A DNA stretch of 64,000 nucleotides, taken from Kofleriaceae bacterium (GTDB lineage Bacteria > Myxococcota_A > Polyangia > Haliangiales > Haliangiaceae). Shown here in pieces: positions 52,916 to 63,808 of the stretch (the first letter of the stretch is position 1; each line of letters opens with the position of its first letter). A model generated the notes under the pieces. That model worked only from the letters and a program-made list of their open reading frames with translations, made no database searches and was not told the DNA's origin. Both the position numbers and the translations under genes were made by a program. The stretch lies in contig CBDCCZ010000019.1 of the NCBI GenBank assembly GCA_965215005.1, positions 98,574 through 162,573 on the forward strand, given 5' to 3'.

Positions 52916-55042
52916 TCAACCCGCGCGACGTTCGCGGCTTTCGCGGCGCGCGCCGCCCGCCTCGAGCACCCAGCGCGACACCTCGAACACCTCCGCCGGT
53001 GGAATCGGCGATACCCCGCCGCTGGCCACCGCAGCAATGAACGCGGCGACCAGCGCCTGGTGTCCCTTGTCTTGTGACAACGTTCGGCTCAAACCTGCCA
53101 TCGGGCTACTCGGCCAGGTTCGCAGTCGGCGGAAGTTGTCGATCTGCCACGCGTGGCCGCCAGCAAAGACCTCGATGCGCTCCTTGGGATAGCTGCGATG
53201 ACCTTCGCTCAAGTACGTGATGGCTGCGGTGTGCTCGCCCTCGAATGACATCACCAGCGAGAAGCTATCGCTCGGATCGCCAACCACGTCCACGGAGCGA
53301 ATTGCCGTGCCCGCGAGAAACCTCGCCAGGTCGATGAAGTGACACCCTTCACCGATGAGACGACCGCCGCCGACCGCGCGGTTGCGCAGCCAATGCTCGC
53401 GAGGCAAATCGCCGGCGTTCACAGTCATGACGATGCGCCGTGGCCCGGCGTGCTCGGCGAGCTGCTCGACGAGCCGCTGGGTCATGGGCGCAAAGCGGCG
53501 ATTGAAGCCAACGCATAACAGCGGCGCGCTGCCGCTCTGCGCGAGCCGCTGATACGTCGACTCGAGCGCATCATGCTGCTCTCGATCGATACACAGCGGC
53601 TTCTCGACGAACACGTGCTTGCCGCTCTCGAGCGCACGCGTGGTGAGCGCGGCGTGGTTGTCGTGGCGCGTGAGCAAGAACACCGCATCGATGGATGCGT
53701 CGTCAAAGATGGAGCCCGCATCGGAGGTGGCTATCCGGATCCCAAACGCCCGCGCCGCCAATGCACTGGCGGTGCCGCCGCTGGCTGCGACGGCGACCAG
53801 CTCGGCGTCCGCTTTGGCGAGCACCGGCAACAGCGTGCGCATCGCGAAGTTACCGGCGCCAACCACACCGATTCGCGGCCGCGCGCTGCGTCCTGCGCGC
53901 ACCGTCGGCATCTCGATCCGCGTGCGCTCGTCGACGCTCTCGCGATACGACAGCACCACCCCCAGTGTCTTCGGATCGCTCAGATGCTCCCAAGCAGCAT
54001 GAATCTTCTCGAACGGCAGTCGCTGTGAAATGAGCGAACCGAAGTCGAGCCGATTGCGCGCGAGCAAGTCGAGCACCGCCTCGAAATTGCGACCCGCGGT
54101 CCAGCGCACGTAAGGCAGGGGATAGTCGATGCCGCCGCGCTCATAAGCATCGTCGTAGCGGCCGGGGCCGTAAGAGCACGAGACCTGAAACGACAGCTCC
54201 TTTTCATAGAAAGCGGCGCGATCGAGCTTGAGCCCGGTGACACCGACCAAGACGATGCGGCCCCGCTTGCGCGACATCTGCGCTGCATCCCGCACCGGCC
54301 CGTTAGAATCGGTCGCGGCGGTGATGAGTACGCCGTCAACGCCGCGTCCGGCAGTGGCTTCCAGCGCAAAGCCCACTGGATCGGTCGTGGCAGATGCAGG
54401 CGTGAGCACTCCGAGCTCACGTGCCATGGCCATGCGCTCGGCAGAAGGGTCGAAGCCAAGCACCCGACAGCCCGCGCTGGTGAGCAGCTGCGCGGTGATG
54501 AGGCCGATCAACCCGAGCCCGGTCACCATAAATGTTTCGCCGAGCGACACGTTGGCCAAGCGCAGACCCTCGAGCCCAATCGCGGCAAGAACGACGAAGC
54601 TCGCCTGCTCGAAAGACACCTCGTCATCGGCGATGATCGCGCACAGGTTGCGCGGCACCCGGACGAGCTCGGCATGCGGTCCATTGCACACCACGCGGTC
54701 ACCCGGCCGCACGTCGAGCACCTCCGCACCAACCTCGAGCACCACGCCCGCATTGCAGTAGCCAAGCGGTATCGGCTCGGCGAGCTTGGCCTGCACTGCA
54801 CGCACCGTAGGCACCAAGCCATCGGTGCGAACTTTGTCGGCGACCTGGCGCACGCGCGCCGGTTGCGAGCGCACTTTGTCGAGCAAGTTATTCTTGCCGA
54901 AATCGATCAACATGCGCTCGGTGCCCGCGGAGATGAGGCTCGCGCGCGTCTGCACGATGACATCGCGGGGACCGGGACGTGGGCGCGGGACATCGACGAT
55001 TTCGATGTCGCCGGAGCTGAGAGACAAGAGGGATTGTTTCAC
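52916..55042 (-). CDS. Bi-domain oxidoreductase (MDR alcohol dehydrogenase + Gfo/Idh/MocA)
   Basis: SLISAGTE, SCSYGPGRYD, HVFVEKP and GFNRRF motifs. Confidence 0.92.
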   Translation of the reverse strand: MKQSLLSLSSGDIEIVDVPRPRPGPRDVIVQTRASLISAGTERMLIDFGKNNLLDKVRSQPARVRQVADKVRTDGLVPTVRAVQAKLAEPIPLGYCNAGVVLEVGAEVLDVRPGDRVVCNGPHAELVRVPRNLCAIIADDEVSFEQASFVVLAAIGLEGLRLANVSLGETFMVTGLGLIGLITAQLLTSAGCRVLGFDPSAERMAMARELGVLTPASATTDPVGFALEATAGRGVDGVLITAATDSNGPVRDAAQMSRKRGRIVLVGVTGLKLDRAAFYEKELSFQVSCSYGPGRYDDAYERGGIDYPLPYVRWTAGRNFEAVLDLLARNRLDFGSLISQRLPFEKIHAAWEHLSDPKTLGVVLSYRESVDERTRIEMPTVRAGRSARPRIGVVGAGNFAMRTLLPVLAKADAELVAVAASGGTASALAARAFGIRIATSDAGSIFDDASIDAVFLLTRHDNHAALTTRALESGKHVFVEKPLCIDREQHDALESTYQRLAQSGSAPLLCVGFNRRFAPMTQRLVEQLAEHAGPRRIVMTVNAGDLPREHWLRNRAVGGGRLIGEGCHFIDLARFLAGTAIRSVDVVGDPSDSFSLVMSFEGEHTAAITYLSEGHRSYPKERIEVFAGGHAWQIDNFRRLRTWPSSPMAGLSRTLSQDKGHQALVAAFIAAVASGGVSPIPPAEVFEVSRWVLEAGGARRESRERRAG

Positions 55043-55128
55043 GACGATTACCTCGAGCGCGATGGTGGCACCACGCTGCAAGAACGAGAGCGAGACACTC
55101 TCATCTTCCATCCCCCCGCTAAAGCACT

Positions 55129-56346
55129 CTACGTCGACAATGCCGCTTCTCCGGCGGGACTGCCCAAACGCAGCCCAATGTCGCCGAGCATGCGCGCCAG
55201 GCGAGCAGTCTGCACGTCGATTGTGTAGTGCTGCTCGAACGTCCGTCGCGCCGCGCTGCTCACACGGCGGCGCAAAGCCGGATCGGTGAGTGCGGTGTGC
55301 AGGCAGCGCGCGAGCTCCGGGCCCGTGGAACCGAGCAGCACGTTGACCCCATCTTCGAGCTCGGGCATCCCCTCGGCGTTGGCACGATGCGCGACGACGG
55401 TGGCGCCGTAACCGAAGGCTTCAGCGATTCGGGTGCGAAACCCCCACGGCACCGGCACTGTCACCAAAACCACGGTGGCCGCGGCGAGCTCGGCAGCGAT
55501 ATCCTCGGAGAAACCCGCGATGTCGACCCCGGGTCGCACCTCGAGGCGCCGACGCACCAGCTCGGGAAGCTTGCCGTGGCCTACGAGGCGCACGCGATAG
55601 TGCAGCCCCGTGCCTTCGAGCTCGGGCAAGATGCGATCGGCCAACAGCTCAAAGCCCATGCCGCTCACCAGGCCCTTGAACGAGCCCGGCACCAGAATGA
55701 GCGAGTCTTCTTGCGCCGCGGGCGCGCTCGCAACCGCCACGACTTCCATGGGGTGCGGCAAGTAATGCGCGTTGGCGTACCCGTCTTGACGCAGCTCGCG
55801 CGCGTGCTGCGCCGCATGCTCGAGAATCAGATCCACCTTCCGCAGCGCACGTGACGTGAGCCACGCTCGCCGCACCGCCTTGTACTCCGAAAACCAACCC
55901 GAGCCGTGGCGCCGCCAGGGCGGCAACACCGGGTCGACAAGGCTGGCGATCCGCAACACCGGCAGCCGCGACAACAGCGGCAACGTGTCCCAGCCGATGC
56001 CCATGGCCACGGTGCCGCGCTCGGCCAGCAGCGGCTCAAGCTCTCGCAGTGCCGCGGAGGGGCGCAGCTCTTTGGGTCCAAAGATGCCGTGCTCCATCCG
56101 TCGTCGCCAGCGCCGCGTGCTCGGCCGCAGTGAATGCAGGTCTAGGAGCGGGATGCCCTCGGCCGCAAGGTACTCGCGGTGCCGCGCCTCTTCCCGGGAA
56201 TCGCCGTAGTCGAGCGCCACCGGAACCACCACCGGCGCGCCCCCGAGTCGCTGAAAGCAGCGCAGCAGGCCATGGCTCAGGACCGAAACGCCGTTCCCGG
56301 TGGGGTGCGGCAGTCGGCGGCCGCTCAGCCAGAGAACGCGGCGCAT
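55129..56346 (-). CDS. Glycosyltransferase family 4
   Basis: GT-B C-terminal motif GFRTRIAEAFGYG...EDGVN. Confidence 0.8.
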   Translation of the reverse strand: MRRVLWLSGRRLPHPTGNGVSVLSHGLLRCFQRLGGAPVVVPVALDYGDSREEARHREYLAAEGIPLLDLHSLRPSTRRWRRRMEHGIFGPKELRPSAALRELEPLLAERGTVAMGIGWDTLPLLSRLPVLRIASLVDPVLPPWRRHGSGWFSEYKAVRRAWLTSRALRKVDLILEHAAQHARELRQDGYANAHYLPHPMEVVAVASAPAAQEDSLILVPGSFKGLVSGMGFELLADRILPELEGTGLHYRVRLVGHGKLPELVRRRLEVRPGVDIAGFSEDIAAELAAATVVLVTVPVPWGFRTRIAEAFGYGATVVAHRANAEGMPELEDGVNVLLGSTGPELARCLHTALTDPALRRRVSSAARRTFEQHYTIDVQTARLARMLGDIGLRLGSPAGEAALST

Positions 56347-56729
56347 CTCCAACTCATCATGCGGTTTGCGTGACTGCGCTCGCTGCAGGCCACTCGTTTC
56401 ACAGCGCTTTCGCACGATGTGCCTCCGCGCAAACCACCGCCGCCGAGGAGCTCGCCGTACCTCGACATGAGGTGATCTTTGGCACGTTCAGCCCCCCTAA
56501 GGTCCGTTCCGGAGTGCGCAATTCGTAGGCGCAGCAGAGTCACACAGCCGCCCTCCCATTGCAAACCAGCCGGCACGCGAATTGGAAGTCACAATCATCC
56601 CGCGCGGCCCCAGCCGGATCGGCCGGCACATGCAGTATGGTAGCGCCGCTCGCCGCGATTCGGTGCGCTAAACGATGAACGCCTGATTCCCCCGCGGCAA
56701 CTCACCGTTGGATTCACCCCCACCCTGCC

Positions 56730-58625
56730 ATGAGTAGATTCCTCAATAGGGGCACCCAGGTCGTCCTCGACTTCGCCGTGTTGTCGCTGGCGTACTGGTT
56801 GGCCTTCCTCTTTCGTTACGAGTTCCAGCTGCCCCACCAGGCGGCCAAGCTCCTGTTCTTCACGTGGCCGTACGTGGTGCTGTTTCAGTACGTGATGCTG
56901 TCGGTCCACGGCGTGCCGCGATTCGCTTGGCGGTACGTGAGCATTCGCGAGGCGCAATGGGTCGTCTCGGCAATTGCGGCGTCAACCGCGGTGCTCGTGT
57001 CGCTGCGGCTACTCATGGGGTTGGTCGGCGGCTATGGGCAGTTCCTCATGATTCCGCTCGGCGTGCTGGCGATGAACTTCGTCATGGCGAGCAGTGGAAT
57101 CGTCGGCGTCCGCGTTCTCCGACGGATCATCGCCGAGGGCACCGAGCGCAGGCAGCTGGCGTGTGGCCCGGTCGAGCAGGTGCGCACGCTGCTCCTCGGC
57201 GCCGGCCAGGGCGGCGTGATGATCTCCCGCGAGATCGCGCTTCGGCCCGACCTCGGCTTCAAAGCCGTGGGCTTTCTCGACGACGACGCCCACAAAGTCG
57301 GCACGCAGGTCAACGGCTTGCGTGTCCTCGGCTCCATCGATCAGATCGCAGACATTGCCGCGGCACATCGCGTCGAGCACGCGCTCATCGCCATTGCGAC
57401 TGCTTCGAGCAAGGAGATGCGGCGCATCGCGCTCCTCTGTCAGGATGCCGGGCTCGAGACCAAGATCATTCCCGGCCTGCACGAGATCGTCGGTGGGCAC
57501 GTGAACCTGTCGCGGCTGCGAAAGGTCGCTATCGAAGATCTGCTCGGTCGCGAGCAGGTCGATCTCGATGACGAAGCAATCGCCAGCGTGGTGCAGGATC
57601 GGGTGGCGATGGTCACCGGCGCGGGCGGCAGTATCGGCTCTGAGCTATGCCGCCAGCTGTGCCGCTATCGCCCGGAGCGGCTCGTATTGGTGGAAAAATC
57701 GGAGAACTCGCTGTTCGAGATTCACCGCGAGCTTCTCGGCGGTTTCCCGCACATTCAGCTGATCCCGGTGCTTGGCGACATCTGCGACGTTCCCCGCATG
57801 GACCGCGTGTTTCGCGAGCATCAGCCGCATACCGTCTTCCACGCCGCCGCTCACAAGCACGTGCCAATGATCGAGTGGAATCCCGGCGAGGCCATCAAGA
57901 ACAACGTCATCGGCACCCGGGTGATCGCCGACTTGGCCGACGCGCACGGAGTGAGCGAGTTCGTCATGATCTCCACCGACAAAGCCGTCAACCCCAGCTC
58001 GGTGATGGGTGCCTCCAAGCGCGTTGCGGAGATCTACATCCAGGCGCTATCGCAGCGCAGCGAGACCAAGTTCGTCGCCGTTCGCTTTGGCAATGTGCTG
58101 GGCTCCGCCGGCAGCGTGGTGCCTATCTTCAAACGCCAAATCGCCGATGGCGGCCCGGTGACGGTCACGCACCCGGACATGCGGCGCTACTTCATGACCA
58201 TTCCCGAGGCAGCGCAGCTGGTGCTGCAAGCCGCTTCCATGGGCGATGGCGGCGAAATCTTCATCCTCGACATGGGCGAGCCAGTAAAAATCGTCGACCT
58301 CGCGCGCGACCTCATTCGCCTCTCCGGCCTCGAGCCGGATGAAGACATCGAGATCGAATTCACCGGCATGCGTCCCGGCGAGAAGCTTTATGAAGAGCTC
58401 TCGGTCGACGCCGAAGAAGCAGCCAACACCAAGCATCCCAAGATCTTCGTGGGCCGCATCCAGTCACAAGAGTGGAGCGCGGTGGTGATGGGGCTCGGGC
58501 AGCTGCTTGCGGTCGCAGACTCCGATCGGGTCGATGAGGTTCGGGCGGCACTGGCCAATCTGGTTCCGGAATTTCGCGCACCGCGGCTGATCACGGCGCG
58601 GGTTGCCGCCGCCGAGGCCATGTGA
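56730..58625 (+). CDS. Membrane-bound UDP-GlcNAc 4,6-dehydratase (CapD/PglF/WbpM family)
   Basis: Four TMs; GAGGSIG, HAAAHKHVP, STDKAV, RFGNVLGS and RPGEKL motifs. Confidence 0.95.
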   Translation: MSRFLNRGTQVVLDFAVLSLAYWLAFLFRYEFQLPHQAAKLLFFTWPYVVLFQYVMLSVHGVPRFAWRYVSIREAQWVVSAIAASTAVLVSLRLLMGLVGGYGQFLMIPLGVLAMNFVMASSGIVGVRVLRRIIAEGTERRQLACGPVEQVRTLLLGAGQGGVMISREIALRPDLGFKAVGFLDDDAHKVGTQVNGLRVLGSIDQIADIAAAHRVEHALIAIATASSKEMRRIALLCQDAGLETKIIPGLHEIVGGHVNLSRLRKVAIEDLLGREQVDLDDEAIASVVQDRVAMVTGAGGSIGSELCRQLCRYRPERLVLVEKSENSLFEIHRELLGGFPHIQLIPVLGDICDVPRMDRVFREHQPHTVFHAAAHKHVPMIEWNPGEAIKNNVIGTRVIADLADAHGVSEFVMISTDKAVNPSSVMGASKRVAEIYIQALSQRSETKFVAVRFGNVLGSAGSVVPIFKRQIADGGPVTVTHPDMRRYFMTIPEAAQLVLQAASMGDGGEIFILDMGEPVKIVDLARDLIRLSGLEPDEDIEIEFTGMRPGEKLYEELSVDAEEAANTKHPKIFVGRIQSQEWSAVVMGLGQLLAVADSDRVDEVRAALANLVPEFRAPRLITARVAAAEAM

Positions 58626-58681
58626 GCTGCGCCGATGTTCGTAACTGCCTGGCCGGATTCTGCACCCGCGCGCGTTGACTC

Positions 58682-60331
58682 GTGAGCACCAGCGATAGCA
58701 AACGCGGTGCGGCGCGTATCGCTCGCTTGTGGCGCACCGCGCGTCATCTGCGCCCGGTGCAAGTGTACGGGCGGGCCTTGGCCAAGGTGCCGCGGCCCCC
58801 GGCGCGTCGGCCTGCCCCGCCGTGCCGGTCGCTGAGCACTGAGCTCGTCTCGCCGATCGTCAAAGCCCCGCGGCTCGTTGCGCCAACGCAGCTGGACGTG
58901 GTGGGCACCCGCGCCTCGGTGGCGACCGCCGCCGATTGGACCAGCGCCAACTACGCGCCGCTGGTGCTCTACAACGTGCACTACTTCGACGATCTCGGCG
59001 CGCCGCCAGCTCCCGAACGCACTGCGTGGAACCGCCGGCTGCTGCGACGATGGATCGACGAGAACCCGCCGCTGCGACGGCCCGGGTGGGATCCCTATCC
59101 AACGTCGCTGCGGCTCGTGAACATCATCAAGTGGCTGCTGCTCGGGGCCAAGCCCTGGCCCGAGCTGCTAGCGAGTCTGGCGATGCAGAGCCGACACTTG
59201 TATCGCTCGATCGAGAGCCATCTCGGCGCCAACCACGTCATCGCCAACGCCAAAGGGTTGCTCTTCGCCGGGACGTTCTTTGCAGGTCGGGAAGCAGAGG
59301 CGTGGCTCGAGCGCGGCACCATGACCCTAGAACACGAGCTAGACGAGCAAGTCTTAGCCGATGGCGGTCACTATGAGCGCAGCCCGATGTATCACGCGCT
59401 GATGCTCGAGGACGTGCTCGACGTGGTCGCGCTCAGGCGCGCCTTCGGCGATTCCGCCAGCGACTTCGCCCGCGTGTGCCCGGCGATGCTCGACTGGCTC
59501 GAACATATGCGCCATCCCGACGACGAAATTGCTCTCTTCAATGACGCCGCTATCGGTATCGCGCCCGCACCGGCCGAGCTGCGCGACTACGCCGCCCGAC
59601 TCGAGCTGGCGCAGCCGGCCGCTGCTAAGCCCGTGCATCTGGCGGCCAGCGGCTACGCCCGTCTCGAGAGCGCCACCGCCGTCGCGTTCTTTGATCTCGC
59701 TCCGCTTGGGCCAGATTATCAGCCCGGGCATGGCCACGCCGATAGCTTGAGCATCGAGCTGTCCGTCGCCGGACAGCGGCTCTTGGTCAACTCCGGCACC
59801 GGTTGCTACGGCGTTAGCGACGAACGCCTTCGGCAGCGTTCGACGGCGGCGCACAACACGGTGGAGCTCGACGGCCAGAGCTCCTCGGAGGTCTGGTCGG
59901 GGTTTCGCGTGGGGCGGCGCGCGCGCGTGCATCCGGTGCGCGTCGGTCGCGATAGCGCCGAGGGCTGGCACGATGGCTATCGGTTCTTAGCGGGCCAGCC
60001 GCGCCACCGACGCCGTCTGCTTTTGAGCGATGACGGGTTGCGCGTGAGCGATGCGATCACCGGCAGCGGAGTGCACGACGTTGCCGCTTACTTTCACTTT
60101 CACCCATCCATTGAAATCAATGCGCTCGATGGGGGCCGCTTTGAGCTGCGCGGCATCGACGGGGGCTGGCAAGGGCTGGTGACTGTCGAGACAAGCATGA
60201 GCGCCACGGTCGAAGCCAGCAGCTATCATGCGCAGTTTGGCGAAGGAACACCGAATCAGCGCTTGGTGTTGCGCTACTCGGGCGTGTTGCCCTTCTACTT
60301 CACGACCGAGTTTCACTGGACTCGAGCATGA
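58682..60331 (+). CDS. Heparinase II/III family protein
   Basis: YPTSLR, ANH, DGGHYERSPMYH, GHGHAD and AHNT motifs. Confidence 0.92.
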   Translation: MSTSDSKRGAARIARLWRTARHLRPVQVYGRALAKVPRPPARRPAPPCRSLSTELVSPIVKAPRLVAPTQLDVVGTRASVATAADWTSANYAPLVLYNVHYFDDLGAPPAPERTAWNRRLLRRWIDENPPLRRPGWDPYPTSLRLVNIIKWLLLGAKPWPELLASLAMQSRHLYRSIESHLGANHVIANAKGLLFAGTFFAGREAEAWLERGTMTLEHELDEQVLADGGHYERSPMYHALMLEDVLDVVALRRAFGDSASDFARVCPAMLDWLEHMRHPDDEIALFNDAAIGIAPAPAELRDYAARLELAQPAAAKPVHLAASGYARLESATAVAFFDLAPLGPDYQPGHGHADSLSIELSVAGQRLLVNSGTGCYGVSDERLRQRSTAAHNTVELDGQSSSEVWSGFRVGRRARVHPVRVGRDSAEGWHDGYRFLAGQPRHRRRLLLSDDGLRVSDAITGSGVHDVAAYFHFHPSIEINALDGGRFELRGIDGGWQGLVTVETSMSATVEASSYHAQFGEGTPNQRLVLRYSGVLPFYFTTEFHWTRA

Positions 60332-61578
60332 ACATTCTCTTTATCACCGAGAACTTTCCTCCCGAGACCAACGCGGCCGCCGCGCGCGTGTACGAACGCG
60401 CGGTGTATTGGGTGAAGTGGGGCCATCGGGTGGTGGTTATCACGACGGCGCCGAATTTCCCCGCGGGAAAGGTGTTCGACGGCTATCGCAACCGCTGGTA
60501 TCAGCGCGAGCTCATCGACGGCATCGAGGTCGTGCGCGTCAAGAGCTTCGTTGCTCCCAACAAAGGCACCACGCTGCGCATTCTCGATTTCGTGTCGTTC
60601 ATGTGCAGCGCCTTCGTCGCTGGCATCGCGCGGCGTCGCCCCGATGTCATCGTCGCCACCTCACCGCAGTTTTTCGCCGCGGTGGGAGGCTGGGGTATCG
60701 CCGCGGTTCATCGACGGCCGTTTGTGTTCGAGCTAGCCGATCTATGGCCGGCGTCGATCCGCGCGGTGGGCGCCATTCGCCAAGAACGCGTCTTGGGGTG
60801 GGTGGAGAAACTCGAATTGTTTCTCTACCAGCGCTCGGCGTCGGTGGTTGCGCTCACCAGCGCCTTTAAGCGCGATTTGGTTCGCCGCGGCATCTCACGC
60901 GACAAGATCGAGGTCATCATCAATGGCGTCGACTTGACGCGCTACGCCCCGCGTGACCGCGACCGCGACTTAGCGCAGCAGTGGGGTCTGCACGATGCGT
61001 TCGTCGTCGGCTACATCGGCACCCACGGCATGGCCCATGCGCTCGACAACGTGCTCGATGCCGCCATTCTGCTGCGCCACGAGCCAAAGGTGCGCATCCT
61101 GCTCGTTGGTGATGGCGCCGAGCGTGCCGCGCTGGCCGCACGCGTCGAGCGCGAGGGCATCGATAACGTCGTGATGGTCCCCCGCCAGCCCAAGGAGTCG
61201 ATGCCGGCGTACTGGAGCTTGTGCGACGTGGCGCTGGTGCATCTCAAAGATGATCCGGTGTTTGCCGAGGTCATCCCCTCGAAGATCTTCGAGGCGATGG
61301 GCATGGGGCTGCCGATCCTGCTGGTGTCTCCGCCGGGCGAAGCGCAGGAAATCGTCGAAACCGCCGCCGCGGGTCAATGGGTTCCCGCCGCCAGCCCCGA
61401 GGCACTGGCCGCTGCGATCGCGGCGCTCGCTCACGATGGAGACCAAGTGCGGCGGCTCGCCCAGGAGAGTCGCGCACGCGCGCCGGAGTTTAGTCGCGAG
61501 CAACAAGCGCGGGCGATGGTCGAGACGCTCGCGCAGGTCGCCAGCGGTCCCGCCAGCGACGAAAGCCAGCCGCGGTGA
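60328..61578 (+). CDS. Glycosyltransferase family 4 (WbuB-like)
   Basis: NFPPE, TSPQFF, DLWP and IPSKIFEAM motifs. Confidence 0.93.
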   Translation: MNILFITENFPPETNAAAARVYERAVYWVKWGHRVVVITTAPNFPAGKVFDGYRNRWYQRELIDGIEVVRVKSFVAPNKGTTLRILDFVSFMCSAFVAGIARRRPDVIVATSPQFFAAVGGWGIAAVHRRPFVFELADLWPASIRAVGAIRQERVLGWVEKLELFLYQRSASVVALTSAFKRDLVRRGISRDKIEVIINGVDLTRYAPRDRDRDLAQQWGLHDAFVVGYIGTHGMAHALDNVLDAAILLRHEPKVRILLVGDGAERAALAARVEREGIDNVVMVPRQPKESMPAYWSLCDVALVHLKDDPVFAEVIPSKIFEAMGMGLPILLVSPPGEAQEIVETAAAGQWVPAASPEALAAAIAALAHDGDQVRRLAQESRARAPEFSREQQARAMVETLAQVASGPASDESQPR

Positions 61579-62555
61579 GCTTTCGGCTGGGGCTCTGGGG
61601 CATCGGCCCGCACGCGCGCAAGAATCTCTTGCCGGCGCTGCGCTGCACAGACACCGTTACGCTGGCGGGCATCACCACCCGCGATCAGCGCGTTGGTCGC
61701 GACGTCGCTTCTCAGCATGATTGCGAGTATTGGCCTGCGCCCGAGGCCATGCTCGCCTCCGAGGCCATCGACGGCGTCTACCTGGCCACTCCAATCGGCC
61801 TGCATCATGAGCAGGCGCTCGCCGCGTTCGCGCACGGCAAGCACGTTTGGTGCGAGAAATCGCTCACCGCGACCTTGGCGCAAGCGCAAGAGCTGGCGAC
61901 GGCGGCACGACGGCACCAGTTGAGCCTGTGCGAGGGCTTCATGTACGCGTTCCATCCGCAGTTTCACGCGCTAAAGGCTGCCATTGCCGATGACCCAGGA
62001 CCGATTTCTGTCACCTGCCGGTTCGGCATGCCGGCCCTTGCCGCGCCGGGCTTTCGCAGCTCCGCGCAACTCGGCGGCGGCGCACTGCTCGACGTTGGCT
62101 GCTATCCGATCTCGCTGGCATTGCACCTGCTCGGCCCCAAGGTTGCCATCGAGCTCGCGCGAGTCGAAACCGGCGATGAGGTCGATTCCACCGGCCTCGC
62201 CGTTCTGCGCTCGGCACGCGGCACAGCGCAGCTCGAGTGGGGCTTTGGCCGCGCCTACTGCAATGAGGTCACAGTGTGGGGCGCCGCCCGATCGCTCTAC
62301 GCCGAGCGCATCTTTTCCAAGCCGGCGGATCAGGCGGTGCGACTGGTGTGCCGCGATGAACGCGGCACGCCCAGCGAGCGCATCTTTCCGCCCGCCGATC
62401 ACTTCGTCTCGATGTTCGAATACTTTGCCGCAGCAGCGAGTAGCGAGCGGCTTCGCGAGGCGCTGATTGCGCAAGCGGAAGCGCAAGCGCAAGCGATGGC
62501 GGCGGTGCGACGCGCCGCGCATTCCGCCGCGCATCCCGACGATACCCGCGATTAA
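61575..62555 (+). CDS. Gfo/Idh/MocA oxidoreductase (NDP-hexose 3-ketoreductase-like)
   Basis: HVWCEKS and LGGGALLDVGCYP motifs. Confidence 0.85.
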   Translation: MSFRLGLWGIGPHARKNLLPALRCTDTVTLAGITTRDQRVGRDVASQHDCEYWPAPEAMLASEAIDGVYLATPIGLHHEQALAAFAHGKHVWCEKSLTATLAQAQELATAARRHQLSLCEGFMYAFHPQFHALKAAIADDPGPISVTCRFGMPALAAPGFRSSAQLGGGALLDVGCYPISLALHLLGPKVAIELARVETGDEVDSTGLAVLRSARGTAQLEWGFGRAYCNEVTVWGAARSLYAERIFSKPADQAVRLVCRDERGTPSERIFPPADHFVSMFEYFAAAASSERLREALIAQAEAQAQAMAAVRRAAHSAAHPDDTRD

Positions 62556-63802
62556 CCCATCAGCTGTGGTGACGGCATCGGCACGATGAACGTGCCGCCC
62601 TCCGCGCGATACCGCTCGTGCTTGGTCATGATCGACGGCGCAAAGTTCCACGCCAGAATCAACAGGTGGCTCGGCCGCCGCTCGTAGAGCTGCTCTGCGC
62701 TGATCACGGGAATGTGGTGCAGCGGGCTGTAGAGGCCCTGCTTGAGCGGATTATCCTCGGCGATGAACGTCAGCACGTCGCCCAGTCGAAAATGCGACAA
62801 CAGCGTGGTGGCCTTGGTCGGGGCGCCGTATCCCGCGATGGTCGCGCCGCCAGCCACCAGCTCGGAGACCATCTGCGTGAGCTCATCGCGAACGCCATTG
62901 ATCTTATCGGCGAAGCGTCGCAGCGTCTCCGCCCGGTCAAGACCGAGCTCATGCTCGAGTGCGATCAGACGTTGCACGGAATCGTCGTGCGCAGGGGCAT
63001 CGGCGCGTTTTTGGCAAAACACCCGAATCGAGCCGCCCTGCGGCGAGACCCGCTCGACGCGCACCACGGTCAAGCCATGCTGCGCGAAGAACGGCACCAG
63101 CGGCGCCACCGTGTGATAGTCGAGGTGCTCGTGATAGATGGTGTCAAACCAGGTGTTCTGGAAGACATCGACGAAGTAGCCGACCTCCATCACGAAGTAG
63201 CCGTCATCGGCGAGCCACGCCGACACCCCTTCGACCACACCGGCCAAATCATCGATGTGTGCGCACGCGTTGTGGCTGGTGATGAGCGCGGCCGGACCGT
63301 GCTCTTGTCGCAGCGCCTTGCCGAGCTTGGCGCCAAAGAAGTCGGCCACGGTGAAGACGCCCGAGGCCGTTGCCTGCTCGGCGATGTTGGCGGCCGGGTC
63401 CACGCCCACCACCCGATGACCCGCCTGCTGAAAGAACCGCAGGCAGGTGCCATCGTTGGAGCCAATATCGGCAACGAGCGCGCCACGGGGCAGCGCCAGC
63501 AGCTTCCCCACGTGCGCCGCGTAGTCCTCTAGGTGCTTCACGAACACCGGCGAGGTTGCCGAGACGTAGGAATAATTTTGCTGGTAGAGAACCTCCGGAT
63601 CGACGACGTGGCCTAGCTGCACGTGATGACAGCTGCCACAGACATAGATCTCGAGCGGATACACCGGCTCGGCTCGCCCGAGCTCCGCCTGCGATAGGAA
63701 ATGATTGCCCGGCGGCGTTGGCGTGAGCTCGATGACCCGCTGCAGGTCACCGCCCCCGCACAAGCGGCAGTCAGCGCGAAATCGGCAGTCTCGTGGCAGC
63801 AC
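62552..63802 (-). CDS. NDP-hexose C-methyltransferase (Zn-binding + class I SAM + C-terminal domain)
   Basis: CRLCG...CGSCHHVQL, DIGSNDG, FDTIYHEH, GYGAPTK and LAWNF motifs. Confidence 0.9.
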   Translation of the reverse strand: MLPRDCRFRADCRLCGGGDLQRVIELTPTPPGNHFLSQAELGRAEPVYPLEIYVCGSCHHVQLGHVVDPEVLYQQNYSYVSATSPVFVKHLEDYAAHVGKLLALPRGALVADIGSNDGTCLRFFQQAGHRVVGVDPAANIAEQATASGVFTVADFFGAKLGKALRQEHGPAALITSHNACAHIDDLAGVVEGVSAWLADDGYFVMEVGYFVDVFQNTWFDTIYHEHLDYHTVAPLVPFFAQHGLTVVRVERVSPQGGSIRVFCQKRADAPAHDDSVQRLIALEHELGLDRAETLRRFADKINGVRDELTQMVSELVAGGATIAGYGAPTKATTLLSHFRLGDVLTFIAEDNPLKQGLYSPLHHIPVISAEQLYERRPSHLLILAWNFAPSIMTKHERYRAEGGTFIVPMPSPQLMG

Positions 63803-63808
63803 GATGGC

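Noticed and set aside
56571..56585. Sigma54 promoter upstream of the CapD-like gene
   Set aside because: CGGCAC-N5-TTGG lacks the conserved -12 GC, so it is too weak to call.
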